From an uncultured Gemmatimonadales bacterium (GTDB taxonomy: Bacteria > Gemmatimonadota > Gemmatimonadetes > Longimicrobiales > RSA9), in NCBI GenBank assembly GCA_963798845.1, contig CAWCUS010000002.1:192001-256000 (forward strand): DNA of 64,000 bases. The letters run 5' to 3'. The notes under the pieces were generated by a model. That model ran no database searches and had not been told where the DNA came from. It saw nothing but the letters and a program-made list of their open reading frames with translations. Below, piece after piece: positions 45,679-55,860 of the stretch (the first letter of the stretch is position 1; every line of letters starts with the position of its first letter). Position numbers and translations under genes: made by a program.

Positions 45679-48600
45679 GTGATGATGATGGATGAGCGAC
45701 AGTTCATCGCGCGTGTCGAGGCCGCGGACCCGGAGGAGTACGCGCGCCTCCTGGCGCACCCGAGCAAGGACGAGGAAGCGGCGCTGCGAACGCACCTGGG
45801 CGATGGCCGATACGAGCGGCAGCACGAGCTCGCCGCTCGCGGCGAGACCCGGGGCCGCGCGGAAAAGCGGGGCAACCTGGTGGTGATCCACGGCATCATG
45901 GGCGGCGAGCTGACTGCGTACGACCGCAGCGCGGACGCGGACCGGGTGTGGGTTCACCTCCCGCGACTCATCGCCGGCGGCATCGATCGGATCTGGCTCG
46001 CCGATGATGGCCTGGCTTCCCGCGACGCGCGCTGGGATGTCCGCGCCACCGGGATCATGAAGCGCAGCTACGGCGAGCAGATCCTCCGCCTCTCCCAGGA
46101 ATGGAACGTCCGCGCCTACTGGTACGACTGGCGCAAGGACCTGCGCAAGGCGGCCGACCTGCTCGCCGCTTCCCTGGACAACTGGTTCGGGCCGGACGAG
46201 CCCGTTCACCTCGTGGCGCATTCCATGGGAGGCCTCGTCTCGCGCTCGTTCATCCAGCGCCACGGCGACCGCTGGAAGCGCATGTGGGATGATGCAGGCG
46301 ATGGTCGCGCCGGCGGCCGCCTGATCATGCTCGGCACGCCCAATCACGGCTCCTTTGCGGTCCCCCAGATCGTCACCGGGCTGGAGGGCATGGTGCGGAA
46401 GCTGGCCATGGTGGACGTGCGTCACAAGCTGCCCGAGATCCTCCAGGTGATCCTGTCGTTCCCCGGATCCTACCAGATGCTCCCGTCACCCTTCGTGCTT
46501 CCCGACATGGAGCCGCTCTATCGCTCCGAAACCTGGGGCGTGTCCCGGCGGGTGCCGCAGCAGCACCTGACCGATGCCCGCGCGTTCCACACCGAGCTGC
46601 GGCCGGTGGTGGACCCCGCCCGGATGGTGTACGTGGCGGGATACAATCGCCGGACTTTCTGCGAGGTCCGGGATCTGAAGCTCGCGGAGGCCGACGCCTA
46701 CGTGGCGACACTCGAAGGCGACGGGCGGGTCCCCCACTCGCTCGGGCTCCTCGACGGGGTGGACACCTACTACGTCGACGAGGTCCACGGCAGCCTGCCG
46801 GGCAACGGCTCCGTGCTCGCGGCCATGACCGACCTGCTGGAAACGGGCAGGACGGAAGCCCTGCCGGCGAAGATGCCGCGCGGGCGGTCGGTGCGTTCCG
46901 CGGCGGCGCTGCGCGAGGCGCACGCGCGTGACGTGGCCCGGAACGCCAGGGACGAGGACGCGCTAGAGCTTTACGTCCGGCACGAGCAGGTGCGGGGGGA
47001 GGCCGCGGCGGAGCGACAGCTGTTGAGCGGCGAGGAGCGCAGGATGGAGGAGATCGTGCTCCGCGGCTGGCTCTACGGAGAGGAGGAGGAGCGCGCCGCT
47101 CCGGCGGCGGACGCGGAGATCGTCGTCGCCGCCACGGGCAGGCCCGTGACCGTGACCCTGGCGGTGCAGCTGGTCGCCGGCGACATCGAGCGGGCGGATG
47201 AGCTGATGGCCGAGCCTCCCGACGCCATCGCCGTCGGCCATTACGTGGGCGTCCGCCCCCAGTTCGCCGAGCGCGCCCTGGACATCGCCGTCACGCGGGC
47301 GCTGCGCGGGCTCGGCCCGGACACGACCATCGCCGATCCGGACCTCCTGCTCACCGGGTTCACCGAGCGCGGCACGATCCGGGGGGAGCTCGGGCAGCCC
47401 TTCCTCCTCCCCGATCCGCGGCGCCCGGGACGGGTCGTCGCCATCGCCGGGATGGGCCTGCCGGGACGGTTCGGCTCGCCCGAGCTCAGCGTCCTCGCCC
47501 GTGAGCTGGCCTGGAGCCTCGGGCAGCTCGGCAAGAACCACCTCGCCACGGTCCTGATCGGCGCCGGCGCCGGGAACCTGGACACCGAAGAAGCGCTGGG
47601 TGCCTGGATGCGCGGTCTTCAGCACGCCATTGCCGCCTCCGCTGACGCAGATCACGGCGCCCACATCTCGCGGATCACCTTCGTGGAGCGGGACCCGCAG
47701 CGCGTCATGGACCTCGACCGGGCGATCCGCGACCAGGATCGCTGGTTCGAGCGTGCGGGGGGCATGGACATCGTCTACCAGCCGCTCGCGGAAGCGCGCC
47801 TCCGGCAGCTGGAGGCGCAGGCGCTGGAGCAGCGCGTCGCGAGGGCGAGGGCTGAGCGAACGTCGGAGCCGGCGCCCGAGCCGACCCGCGTGACGCTGGG
47901 CTTCGATCGCCGGGAGAAGCGCCGGGGCGTCTACCGCTTCGGTGCCCTCACGCGCTCCGCGTCGGTTCCCGAGCGCGAGGTGCCGCTGGACCCGACGCTG
48001 GTGGACGAAGCCAACGACGGGCTCCCGGGGATGGACCGGATCGCGGACCAGATCCGGCGCGGCAAGTACCTGGAGCGACTCCTCGTGCCGCGCGATCTCC
48101 GCGAGGCCATGGCGACGAACGCTCCTCTGGTCATGCTCCTCGACTCGGCCACCGCCCGCATCCACTGGGAGATGGTGGCCCAGCCCGACGTCGTCCCTCC
48201 CGACGCCGACGACGTCGAGGGCTGCTTCCTCGGCACCAGCCGCGGTTTCACCCGTCAGCTCCGGACCACCTTCGCGGCCGTTCCCGAGGCCCCACCGCCT
48301 CCGCGCCGGCCACTCCGCGTCCTGATCGTGGCCGACCCCGCGGAGGACGCACGGCTGCCCGGCGCGCTGCGCGAAGGCTACGAGATCCAGGAGCTGTTCC
48401 AGCGCTTCAACCAGGTCTTCGAAAGCCCCCTCCGGAGCGTCGAGGTGCGGTCGCTGCTCGGCCCCGGCGAGGCGACGCGCACCGCCGTCCTCGACGAGCT
48501 CTTCAGTCGACAGTACGACGTTCTCCACTTCGCCGGCCACTGCGCCTATGAGGAGGACGATCCCGCCTCGTCGGGGTGGATCTTCGGCGATGGCGCGCGG

Positions 48601-49059
48601 CTCAGCGCCAACGAGCTCCGGCGCGTGGACCACATCCCGAAGTTCGTCTTCTCCAACGCCTGCGAATCCGGAATCACGCCGGACCGCTCCGAGAAGCGCG
48701 ACGCCGCCCTCGCGCCGTCCTTCGCAGAAGCGTTCTTCGAGCGCGGCGTGGCGAACTTCGTCTGCACCGCCTGGCCCGTGGACGACGCCGCCGCCCTCGG
48801 GTTCGCGGCGCACCTCTACTCCGCTCTCCTCGGACTCCCCGCCCCCGAGGCGGGAGCCGACCCCCGTGACCCCCAGCCGATGCACGAGGCGATGAAGGAG
48901 GCGCGCGTGGCAGTCGCCCGCATGGGCACAGGTCGCCGGTCGTGGGGCGCCTATCAGCACTACGGCAACCCGAACTTCCGCTTCTTCGAGGCGTCGCCGC
49001 TCCGGTCGCCGGCTCAGCGCGCAGCCGCGGGAACCCGCTCACGGAGCCGGAAGCGATGA
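45679..49059 (+). CDS. Multidomain protein: LCAT/PGAP1-like lipase + macro-like domain + CHAT (caspase-like) protease
   Basis: IHGIMG, YDWR, AHSMGG, LGTPNHGS, GDGRVP, HGSL; GDI...ATVLIGAGAG...ITFVE; HFAGH, FSNACESG, AYQHYG. Confidence 0.85.
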   Translation: MMMMDERQFIARVEAADPEEYARLLAHPSKDEEAALRTHLGDGRYERQHELAARGETRGRAEKRGNLVVIHGIMGGELTAYDRSADADRVWVHLPRLIAGGIDRIWLADDGLASRDARWDVRATGIMKRSYGEQILRLSQEWNVRAYWYDWRKDLRKAADLLAASLDNWFGPDEPVHLVAHSMGGLVSRSFIQRHGDRWKRMWDDAGDGRAGGRLIMLGTPNHGSFAVPQIVTGLEGMVRKLAMVDVRHKLPEILQVILSFPGSYQMLPSPFVLPDMEPLYRSETWGVSRRVPQQHLTDARAFHTELRPVVDPARMVYVAGYNRRTFCEVRDLKLAEADAYVATLEGDGRVPHSLGLLDGVDTYYVDEVHGSLPGNGSVLAAMTDLLETGRTEALPAKMPRGRSVRSAAALREAHARDVARNARDEDALELYVRHEQVRGEAAAERQLLSGEERRMEEIVLRGWLYGEEEERAAPAADAEIVVAATGRPVTVTLAVQLVAGDIERADELMAEPPDAIAVGHYVGVRPQFAERALDIAVTRALRGLGPDTTIADPDLLLTGFTERGTIRGELGQPFLLPDPRRPGRVVAIAGMGLPGRFGSPELSVLARELAWSLGQLGKNHLATVLIGAGAGNLDTEEALGAWMRGLQHAIAASADADHGAHISRITFVERDPQRVMDLDRAIRDQDRWFERAGGMDIVYQPLAEARLRQLEAQALEQRVARARAERTSEPAPEPTRVTLGFDRREKRRGVYRFGALTRSASVPEREVPLDPTLVDEANDGLPGMDRIADQIRRGKYLERLLVPRDLREAMATNAPLVMLLDSATARIHWEMVAQPDVVPPDADDVEGCFLGTSRGFTRQLRTTFAAVPEAPPPPRRPLRVLIVADPAEDARLPGALREGYEIQELFQRFNQVFESPLRSVEVRSLLGPGEATRTAVLDELFSRQYDVLHFAGHCAYEEDDPASSGWIFGDGARLSANELRRVDHIPKFVFSNACESGITPDRSEKRDAALAPSFAEAFFERGVANFVCTAWPVDDAAALGFAAHLYSALLGLPAPEAGADPRDPQPMHEAMKEARVAVARMGTGRRSWGAYQHYGNPNFRFFEASPLRSPAQRAAAGTRSRSRKR

Positions 49060-49229
49060 GCGGCGGATCGCACGGAAGGCGGCCGAACCCGGAGCTCGAC
49101 CACGGCCCCTGACCCGCCCCGGGACGGTCGGGACAGGGCCTTTCGCGTCGTGCCACTCGTCGGAGCGGGCGGCCCGAAACATGCGTTTGTTCAGCGCGAA
49201 CCCACACACCGACATGGGGAGGTGCACGC

Positions 49230-49436
49230 ATGGATCGCGAACACGAACGCGAAGTGAGGCGCAAGGGCGCGGAGCACGAGACGGAAGGCGCCGTGCGGGA
49301 GGGCGAGGGGAAGGTCGAGAAGGAGCTTGGCCGGATCACGAAGGACCGCTCCAAGGAAGCCGAGGGTGCGGCGAAGGAAGCCGCCGGCAAGGTCCAGAAG
49401 AAGGCGGGAGAAGCGGCCCGGAAGGCTGCGGAGTGA
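49230..49436 (+). CDS. CsbD-like general stress protein
   Basis: EG...EGKV....G..T.D...EAEG......GKVQKKAG pattern; RBS GGAGGT. Confidence 0.8.
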   Translation: MDREHEREVRRKGAEHETEGAVREGEGKVEKELGRITKDRSKEAEGAAKEAAGKVQKKAGEAARKAAE

Positions 49437-49579
49437 CGCTCGCCTGACCGCGTGACGCCCCGGCGCGTCACTTCGAAAGCCCCGTGGGCGCGCCGCGCTC
49501 CCGGGGCTTTCCTCGTGACCGGCCAGGAGGCGCGCGCGGCCCGAGCGCCGGTGTCCTGGCTTCTCGTGCGACCTGCTGG

Positions 49580-50503
49580 CTAGGCGCCGAGGGCGGCGAC
49601 CGCGGTGTCGTGGACGGGGGTCTCGACGCTCGTCTGCGCGCCGAGGCGGGCGACCGCGCCGCTCAGGGTGTCCAGCTCGTCGGGCCCGCCGGCCTCGAGG
49701 TCGAGGAGGAAGCTGGGCCGGAGGCCGGGCGCGAGGCCCATGATCCGCTCGATGACGGCTTCGCCCTCGCCCGGGTCGAGGGCCACGCCGCGCGCGCGGC
49801 CCACGGCCACGACCTCGTGCACGGCGCGACGGATGAGGGCGGGGCCCATCGGCGCCTCGCGGACGGCGCCGATGGGGGAGTGGGCGAGGCCGCAGACGGC
49901 GGAGACGGCGGCGATGAAGACGAATTTCCGCCAGAGCTCCGTTTCGATCTGCTCGGTGACCTGGACGTCCACGCCGGTCCCCTCGAATGCGGCGGCGATG
50001 CGTCGGGCGCGATCGTCGCCGTTGCTGCCGGGCTCGCGGAACTGGAGCCGCTCGCCGAGCATGATGGTGCGAAAGTCGCTGCGCCGCTGGATCACGCCGG
50101 GTGCGAGTCGGGCGGCGCTGATGTACGTGAGCCCGCCGAGTATGGACGGGTCCGGGACGCCCGCGGCGGCGAGGCGCTCGGCGATGTCGACACCGTTGAG
50201 GAGGGGGAGCACGGTGGCACCGGCGAGCGCCAGCCCGGCGACGGCGGGCGCGACGTCGTCGATGGCGTACGACTTCACGGCGACGAGAACCAGCTCGGCG
50301 CCGGCCAGCTCCGCGGGCTCGGGCGTGGCGCGGACGCGCGTGGTGTAGCGCTCCCCGTCCGGTTCCTCGACCGTGAGCCCCGCCTGCCGGATCGCTTCCA
50401 GGTTCTCGCCGCGGGCGAGGACGGCCACGTCCTGCCCCGCCCTGGCCAGAACTCCGCCGTAGTACCCGCCCACCCCGCCCACCCCGATGATGGCGATGTT
50501 CAT
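49580..50503 (-). CDS. panE: 2-dehydropantoate 2-reductase family protein
   Basis: GVGGVGGYYG, AVKSY, LLNG, WRKF, SFLLDL..G...E. Confidence 0.88.
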   Translation of the reverse strand: MNIAIIGVGGVGGYYGGVLARAGQDVAVLARGENLEAIRQAGLTVEEPDGERYTTRVRATPEPAELAGAELVLVAVKSYAIDDVAPAVAGLALAGATVLPLLNGVDIAERLAAAGVPDPSILGGLTYISAARLAPGVIQRRSDFRTIMLGERLQFREPGSNGDDRARRIAAAFEGTGVDVQVTEQIETELWRKFVFIAAVSAVCGLAHSPIGAVREAPMGPALIRRAVHEVVAVGRARGVALDPGEGEAVIERIMGLAPGLRPSFLLDLEAGGPDELDTLSGAVARLGAQTSVETPVHDTAVAALGA

Positions 50504-50661
50504 GGTCTCTCCGATCATGGACTTGCCCGTCGCCCCCGGTCCGGGGCGAACGGTAACATACACGGAGTCTCGGATCGAGGCTTTTCCGCACCCTTCCCCC
50601 ACCTGCGGGGTAGGACCAGCGTTCGCCCGGAACCGGAAAAACGAGGCAGGGCCGGGGTGGC

Positions 50662-53600
50662 TTGAAGGACCGGATCGTCGTCCGCAACGCGCGGCAGCAC
50701 AACCTGAAGGGGTTCGACCTCGAGCTCCCGCACCGCCGGCTCATCGTGGTCACGGGGCCGAGCGGGTCGGGGAAGAGCTCGCTGGCGTTCGACACCATCT
50801 ACGCCGAGGGGCAGCGGCGGTACGTGGAGAGCCTGTCCACGTACGCCAAGCAGTTCCTGGAGCGGATGGAGAAGCCGGCGGTGGACTACGTCGAGGGGAT
50901 CGCCCCGGCGGTGGCCATCGAGCAGAAGAACCCGACCAAGACCAGCCGCTCGACGGTCGGGACCGCCACGGAGGTCCAGGACTATTTCCGTCTGCTCTGG
51001 GCCCGCGCGGGGCGCACCCACTGCCCGGAGTGCGGCGACGAGGTGCGCCCGGACACGGTCCAGAGCGCGACCGACGACGTGCTGGCGCTGGAGCCGGGCA
51101 CCCGCATCGTGGTCGGGTTCCCTCTCCCTCTCTCGGCCCGCGCAAGCCACCGCCAGATCGTCGAGAACCTCCGCGAGATGGGCTTCGTGCGCGTCCTTGT
51201 CGGGGACGCGATGGTGACGCTCGACGAGGCCGGGGCCGAGGATCCGGCCAGGCTCGGGCGGGACCTGGGCGCGGAGGCGTCGCTGCTCGTGGTGGTGGAC
51301 CGCCTCAAGGTCGATCCCGAAGCCGGGCGCGAGCGGCTTGCGGATTCCATCGGGACCGCGTTCGTCGAGGGGGAGGGTGAGGCGGCCGTCGTCCTGTTCG
51401 ACGATGCCGGAACGTCGGGCGTCCGCCGCCGGCTCCGATTCTCCGAGCGCTTCCGATGCGAGCGCCACCCGGACGTCCAGTTCCTGGAGCCGACACCGCG
51501 CCTGTTCTCGTTCAACAACCCGTACGGCTCCTGTCGGAAGTGCTCGGGCTTCGGCGCGGTGCTGGAGTACGACGAATCGCTCATCGTGCCGCTCCCCGGG
51601 CGTTCCCTGCGCGCGGGCGCGGTCGAGCCGTGGGAGGTCAAGCGCTACCGGAAGAAGTACCGCACGCGGCTGTTCGAGTTCGCGCGCCAGAGAGGGCTTG
51701 ACCTGGACACGCCGTGGAGCGAGCTCCCGGAACGGTTCCGCCGGCACGTGATCCACGGGGTCCGCCGGCGCGAGGAGGGACGCAGCTTCCAGGGCGTCAT
51801 CCCCTTTCTCCGCTCGCGGGAACGGAAGCGCTACAAGGCCTACATCCGCGTCTTCCTTCGCCGCTATCAGAAGGCCATGGTCTGCCCCGACTGCAGAGGC
51901 TCGCGCCTCCGCCCGGAAGCCCTCTACGTGCGGGTGGGCGGTCGCGATATCGGCGAGGTGTCGGCGCTGACCGTGGAAACGGCCCGGGCGTGGTTCGAGA
52001 CGCTGTCCGCAGGCGGCGACGGAGCGGACGAACGCCCACTCCGGGTTTCCGAGCGTGCGCTCTCGGGCGGCATCCTCCGCGAGATCGGCGCGCGCCTCTC
52101 CTTCCTTGATGACGTCGGCCTCGGCTATCTCAGCATGGACCGCCAGACCCGGACGTTGAGCGGCGGAGAGGCTCAGCGGATCTCGCTGGCCAACTCCCTC
52201 GGCTCGTCGCTCGTGGACACGCTGTACGTGCTGGACGAGCCCACGATCGGTCTCCACCCCCGCGACAACGACCGCCTCATCGGCCTGCTGGAAAAGCTCC
52301 GCGACGCCGGGAACACCGTGCTGGTGGTGGAGCACGATCCGGCGGTCATCGAGCGCGCGGACCACGTGGTGGAGCTGGGCCCCGGCTCCGGTGAGAAGGG
52401 GGGGCAGGTAGTCTTCGAGGGGACGGTCGATGCGCTGCGCCGCGCGGGAGCGGCCGACGCCGGAGCCTCGGGATCGGGGCCGTGCTCGGAATCGGATCCG
52501 GCGACACAGCCCGAGGACGCGACTCCGAGCACCCCCGCCGCCACGAGCAGGAAGTGGGACCCCACGGCGACGGCCCGCTATCTGAGAGGCGAGACCGCCC
52601 GGGCGCAAAGCAGGAACCGGGACGTGGAGGGGGCCCGCTTGCGAATCGAGGGCGCGAGACTCCACAACCTCGCGGGCATGGATGTCGAGATCCCGTTGCG
52701 CACGCTCACCGTCGTGAGCGGGGTGAGCGGGAGCGGAAAGTCCACGCTGGTCCACGACGTCCTGTTCCGCGCGCTCGAGCGGGAGCTGCACGGTGAGAAC
52801 ACGGCGAAGGAGCACCTGGGCGAGGCGGTGGGTTCGTATGACCGGATCGAGGGGCTGGGGCACCTGGACGCGGTGGCGCTGGTGGACCAGTCGCCCATCG
52901 GCCGTACTCCGCGCTCCAACCCGGCCACGTACACGAAGGCATTCGACGAGATCCGCAAGATCTTCGCGGACCAGCCGCTGTCGCGGGAGCGCGGCTACAA
53001 GCCCGGCCGGTTCAGCTTCAACACCAAGGGCGGGCGCTGCGAGGCGTGCAAGGGAGACGGCGTAGTCCAGGTCGAGATGGTGTTCATGGCCGACGTGTAC
53101 GTGCCGTGCGACGCGTGCGGCGGTGCGCGCTACGGCCCGGAAACTCTCCAGGTGAAGGTCAAGGGGAAGAGCATCCGGGACGTGCTCGACATGACCGTGG
53201 ACGAGGCCATCAAGTTCTTCATCCGGGCCGATCGGCTCGGGCGCATGCTCTGGCAGCTACAGCAGGTTGGACTGGGCTATCTCCGCCTCGGCCAGGCCGC
53301 GCCCACGCTCAGCGGAGGGGAGGCGCAGCGGATGAAGATCGCCCGCGAGCTCGCGGGCGCAGGGAAGCGGCGCGGCAGGCGGCTCTACATCATGGACGAG
53401 CCCACCACGGGCTTGAGCGGGCCCGAGGTACAGAAGCTGCTGGACGTGCTCCAGAAGCTGGTCGACGCCGGCCACACGGTGGTGGTGATCGAGCACAACC
53501 TCGACGTCATCCGGGCCGCGGACTGGCTGATCGACCTCGGTCCCGAAGCCGGGGCGGGCGGCGGTCGGATCGTCGCCGTGGGGCGTCCGGCCGACGTCGC

Positions 53601-53667
53601 CGGAGTCGCGGAGTCGCACACAGGGGCGTATCTCCGGCTTCAGCCATGGCGCGCCTCTCCATCCTGA
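50662..53667 (+). CDS. uvrA: Excinuclease ABC subunit A
   Basis: HNLK, GPSGSGKSSLAFDT, EGQRRY, two LSGGE signatures, Zn-finger CxxC pairs. Confidence 0.96.
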   Translation: MKDRIVVRNARQHNLKGFDLELPHRRLIVVTGPSGSGKSSLAFDTIYAEGQRRYVESLSTYAKQFLERMEKPAVDYVEGIAPAVAIEQKNPTKTSRSTVGTATEVQDYFRLLWARAGRTHCPECGDEVRPDTVQSATDDVLALEPGTRIVVGFPLPLSARASHRQIVENLREMGFVRVLVGDAMVTLDEAGAEDPARLGRDLGAEASLLVVVDRLKVDPEAGRERLADSIGTAFVEGEGEAAVVLFDDAGTSGVRRRLRFSERFRCERHPDVQFLEPTPRLFSFNNPYGSCRKCSGFGAVLEYDESLIVPLPGRSLRAGAVEPWEVKRYRKKYRTRLFEFARQRGLDLDTPWSELPERFRRHVIHGVRRREEGRSFQGVIPFLRSRERKRYKAYIRVFLRRYQKAMVCPDCRGSRLRPEALYVRVGGRDIGEVSALTVETARAWFETLSAGGDGADERPLRVSERALSGGILREIGARLSFLDDVGLGYLSMDRQTRTLSGGEAQRISLANSLGSSLVDTLYVLDEPTIGLHPRDNDRLIGLLEKLRDAGNTVLVVEHDPAVIERADHVVELGPGSGEKGGQVVFEGTVDALRRAGAADAGASGSGPCSESDPATQPEDATPSTPAATSRKWDPTATARYLRGETARAQSRNRDVEGARLRIEGARLHNLAGMDVEIPLRTLTVVSGVSGSGKSTLVHDVLFRALERELHGENTAKEHLGEAVGSYDRIEGLGHLDAVALVDQSPIGRTPRSNPATYTKAFDEIRKIFADQPLSRERGYKPGRFSFNTKGGRCEACKGDGVVQVEMVFMADVYVPCDACGGARYGPETLQVKVKGKSIRDVLDMTVDEAIKFFIRADRLGRMLWQLQQVGLGYLRLGQAAPTLSGGEAQRMKIARELAGAGKRRGRRLYIMDEPTTGLSGPEVQKLLDVLQKLVDAGHTVVVIEHNLDVIRAADWLIDLGPEAGAGGGRIVAVGRPADVAGVAESHTGAYLRLQPWRASPS

Positions 53668-54671
53668 TGCCGTGCCTCGACGCGGTGCGGACGATCCAGG
53701 CGGCCATCACCTCGATCCGAAGCCAGACGTTCCCCGACTTCGAGGTGGTGGCCGTGGACGATGCATCCACCGACGGCACCTTCGAAGCGCTCTCGAGCTG
53801 GGCCGGGGAGGACGGCCGCGTGCGTGTCCTGCGCAGCCCCGGACGCGGCCTGATTCCCGCCCTGGCCACCGGCCTGGCCGCCGCCCGCGGCGAGCTCGTC
53901 GCACGCATGGACGCCGATGACATCGCCGAGCCCGACCGGCTGGAGAAGCAGGTGGCGCTCATGGACGACGATCCCGCGATTGCCGCCTGCGGCACCGGCG
54001 TCCGGTATTTCCCCGACGACGAGGTCCGCGCTGGCGCGCGGCGCTACGAGACGTGGCTCAACGGGCTCGTGACCCACGACCAGATCGCCCGCAACATCTT
54101 CGTCGAGTGCCCCATCCCGCACCCGACGCTCCTGGCCCGCCGCGCCGCGCTGACCGCCGTGGGCGGCTATCGGGATCTCGGCTGGCCCGAGGACTACGAC
54201 GTCGTGCTCAGGCTATGGGCCGCCGGCCACCGGCTGGCCAAGGTCCCGGAAGTGCTGCTCGGCTGGCGCGAGAGCCCCGAGCGCGCTTCTCGGACCGACC
54301 CGCGCTACGGCGAGGCGGAGTTCCGCCGCATCAAGGTCCACTTCCTCCGCACCACGCTGCTCGCAGGTGGGCGCCCGGCCATCGTCTGGGGCGCCGGGCC
54401 CGTCGGCAAGGGGTTCGCCCGCGCATTGGTCCTCGCCGGAACACCCGTGTTGGCCTTCGTCGATGTGGACCCGCGCAAGATCGGGCAGGAGATCCACGGC
54501 GCCCCCGTGATCGCTCCCGCCCACGTCCGCCGCTTCGTCGACCCCGCCTCCACACGCGAGTCGCCGCTCGTGCTGGCGGCGGTGGGCCAGGAGGGCGCTC
54601 GCGAGGAGATACGGCACGCCTGCCGCGCCCTGGGGCTGCGGGAGCTCCAGCATTTCGTGGCCGTGGCGTAG
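53646..54671 (+). CDS. Glycosyltransferase family 2 with C-terminal Rossmann-like domain
   Basis: VDDASTD, RMDADD, PEDY, WGAGPVG. Confidence 0.9.
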   Translation: MARLSILMPCLDAVRTIQAAITSIRSQTFPDFEVVAVDDASTDGTFEALSSWAGEDGRVRVLRSPGRGLIPALATGLAAARGELVARMDADDIAEPDRLEKQVALMDDDPAIAACGTGVRYFPDDEVRAGARRYETWLNGLVTHDQIARNIFVECPIPHPTLLARRAALTAVGGYRDLGWPEDYDVVLRLWAAGHRLAKVPEVLLGWRESPERASRTDPRYGEAEFRRIKVHFLRTTLLAGGRPAIVWGAGPVGKGFARALVLAGTPVLAFVDVDPRKIGQEIHGAPVIAPAHVRRFVDPASTRESPLVLAAVGQEGAREEIRHACRALGLRELQHFVAVA

Positions 54672-54840
54672 CCGGCGGCCGCGCCCGCCGGACCTGGCCT
54701 GCCCGGCGCACCGCCCGGCCCCGGCATCGCGAGCTGCCGGAGGTGGCGTCGGCGCCGGCGGCGCCGCTATGCTTGAACGGTTTCCGATGACGGCCTGCGC
54801 GAGCGCGCAGGCCGTTTCCATTTGCGGGAGGGGGCAAGCC

Positions 54841-55845
54841 ATGCCGCGCGGACGCATCTACGACGACATCACGCAGACCATGGGGGACACGCCACTGATC
54901 CGCCTGCGTCGGATGGCGGCAGGTCTGCCGGCGCGCGTGTTGGTGAAGCACGAGGGGTTCGAGCCGTACGGCTCGGTGAAGGACAGGATCGGCGTGGCGA
55001 TGGTGGAGGACGCGCTCGAGTCGGGGGCGCTGCGAGAGGGGATGGTGGTCGTCGAGCCCACGAGCGGGAACACGGGGATCGGCATCACGTTCGCGGCGAC
55101 CGCCCACGGGTTCCCTTGTATCCTGACGATGCCGGACAGCATGACGGTGGAGCGTCGCCACATGCTGGCGGCAATGGGGGCCAGGGTCGTGCTGACGCCG
55201 GGGTCGGGAGGGATGAAAGCGGCGATCGGACGAGCGCGCGAGATTGCCGACGCGCTCGGGGCCGGCGCGTGGATGCCCCAGCAGTTCGAGAACCCTGCCA
55301 ACCCCCGGATCCACTACAGGACCACCGGTCCGGAGATCTGGGCGGACACGGACGGAAAGGTGGACATCCTCGTGGCGGGCGTGGGAACGGGTGGCACTCT
55401 CACGGGGACCGGCCGCTATCTGAAGGAGCGGAACCCCGGCATCCTCGTGGTGGCGGTCGAGCCGGCGGAGAGCCCCGTGTTATCGGGCGGGGAGCCGGGT
55501 CCCCACAAGCAGCAGGGGATCGGCGCCGGCTTCATCCCCGCCGTGCTGGACACAGACCTCATCGACGAGGTGGTCCGGACCACGAACGAGGAAGCGGTGG
55601 AGACCGCCCGCCGCCTGGCGCGGGAAGAGGCGATCTTCGCGGGCATCTCCTCCGGCGCCATCACCCGCGCCGCACTGGTGGTGGCCGCGCGCGGAGAGAA
55701 CGAGGGCAAGCTGGTGGTGGCCGTGATCGCCGACTTCGGCGAACGCTATCTCTCGGCCCCGGTGTACGCGGAGGCGCCGCAGGTGCAGCTCCCGCCCGGC
55801 GCCGAGCGGGCGCTGGCGGAGGCGGGCGCCGGCGCCAGCGCGTAG
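54841..55845 (+). CDS. cysK: Cysteine synthase A
   Basis: SVKDR, EPTSGNTG, QQFENPAN, GVGTGGT, QGIGAGF, GERYLS. Confidence 0.95.
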   Translation: MPRGRIYDDITQTMGDTPLIRLRRMAAGLPARVLVKHEGFEPYGSVKDRIGVAMVEDALESGALREGMVVVEPTSGNTGIGITFAATAHGFPCILTMPDSMTVERRHMLAAMGARVVLTPGSGGMKAAIGRAREIADALGAGAWMPQQFENPANPRIHYRTTGPEIWADTDGKVDILVAGVGTGGTLTGTGRYLKERNPGILVVAVEPAESPVLSGGEPGPHKQQGIGAGFIPAVLDTDLIDEVVRTTNEEAVETARRLAREEAIFAGISSGAITRAALVVAARGENEGKLVVAVIADFGERYLSAPVYAEAPQVQLPPGAERALAEAGAGASA

Positions 55846-55860
55846 CCGGCCGGCCCGGCC

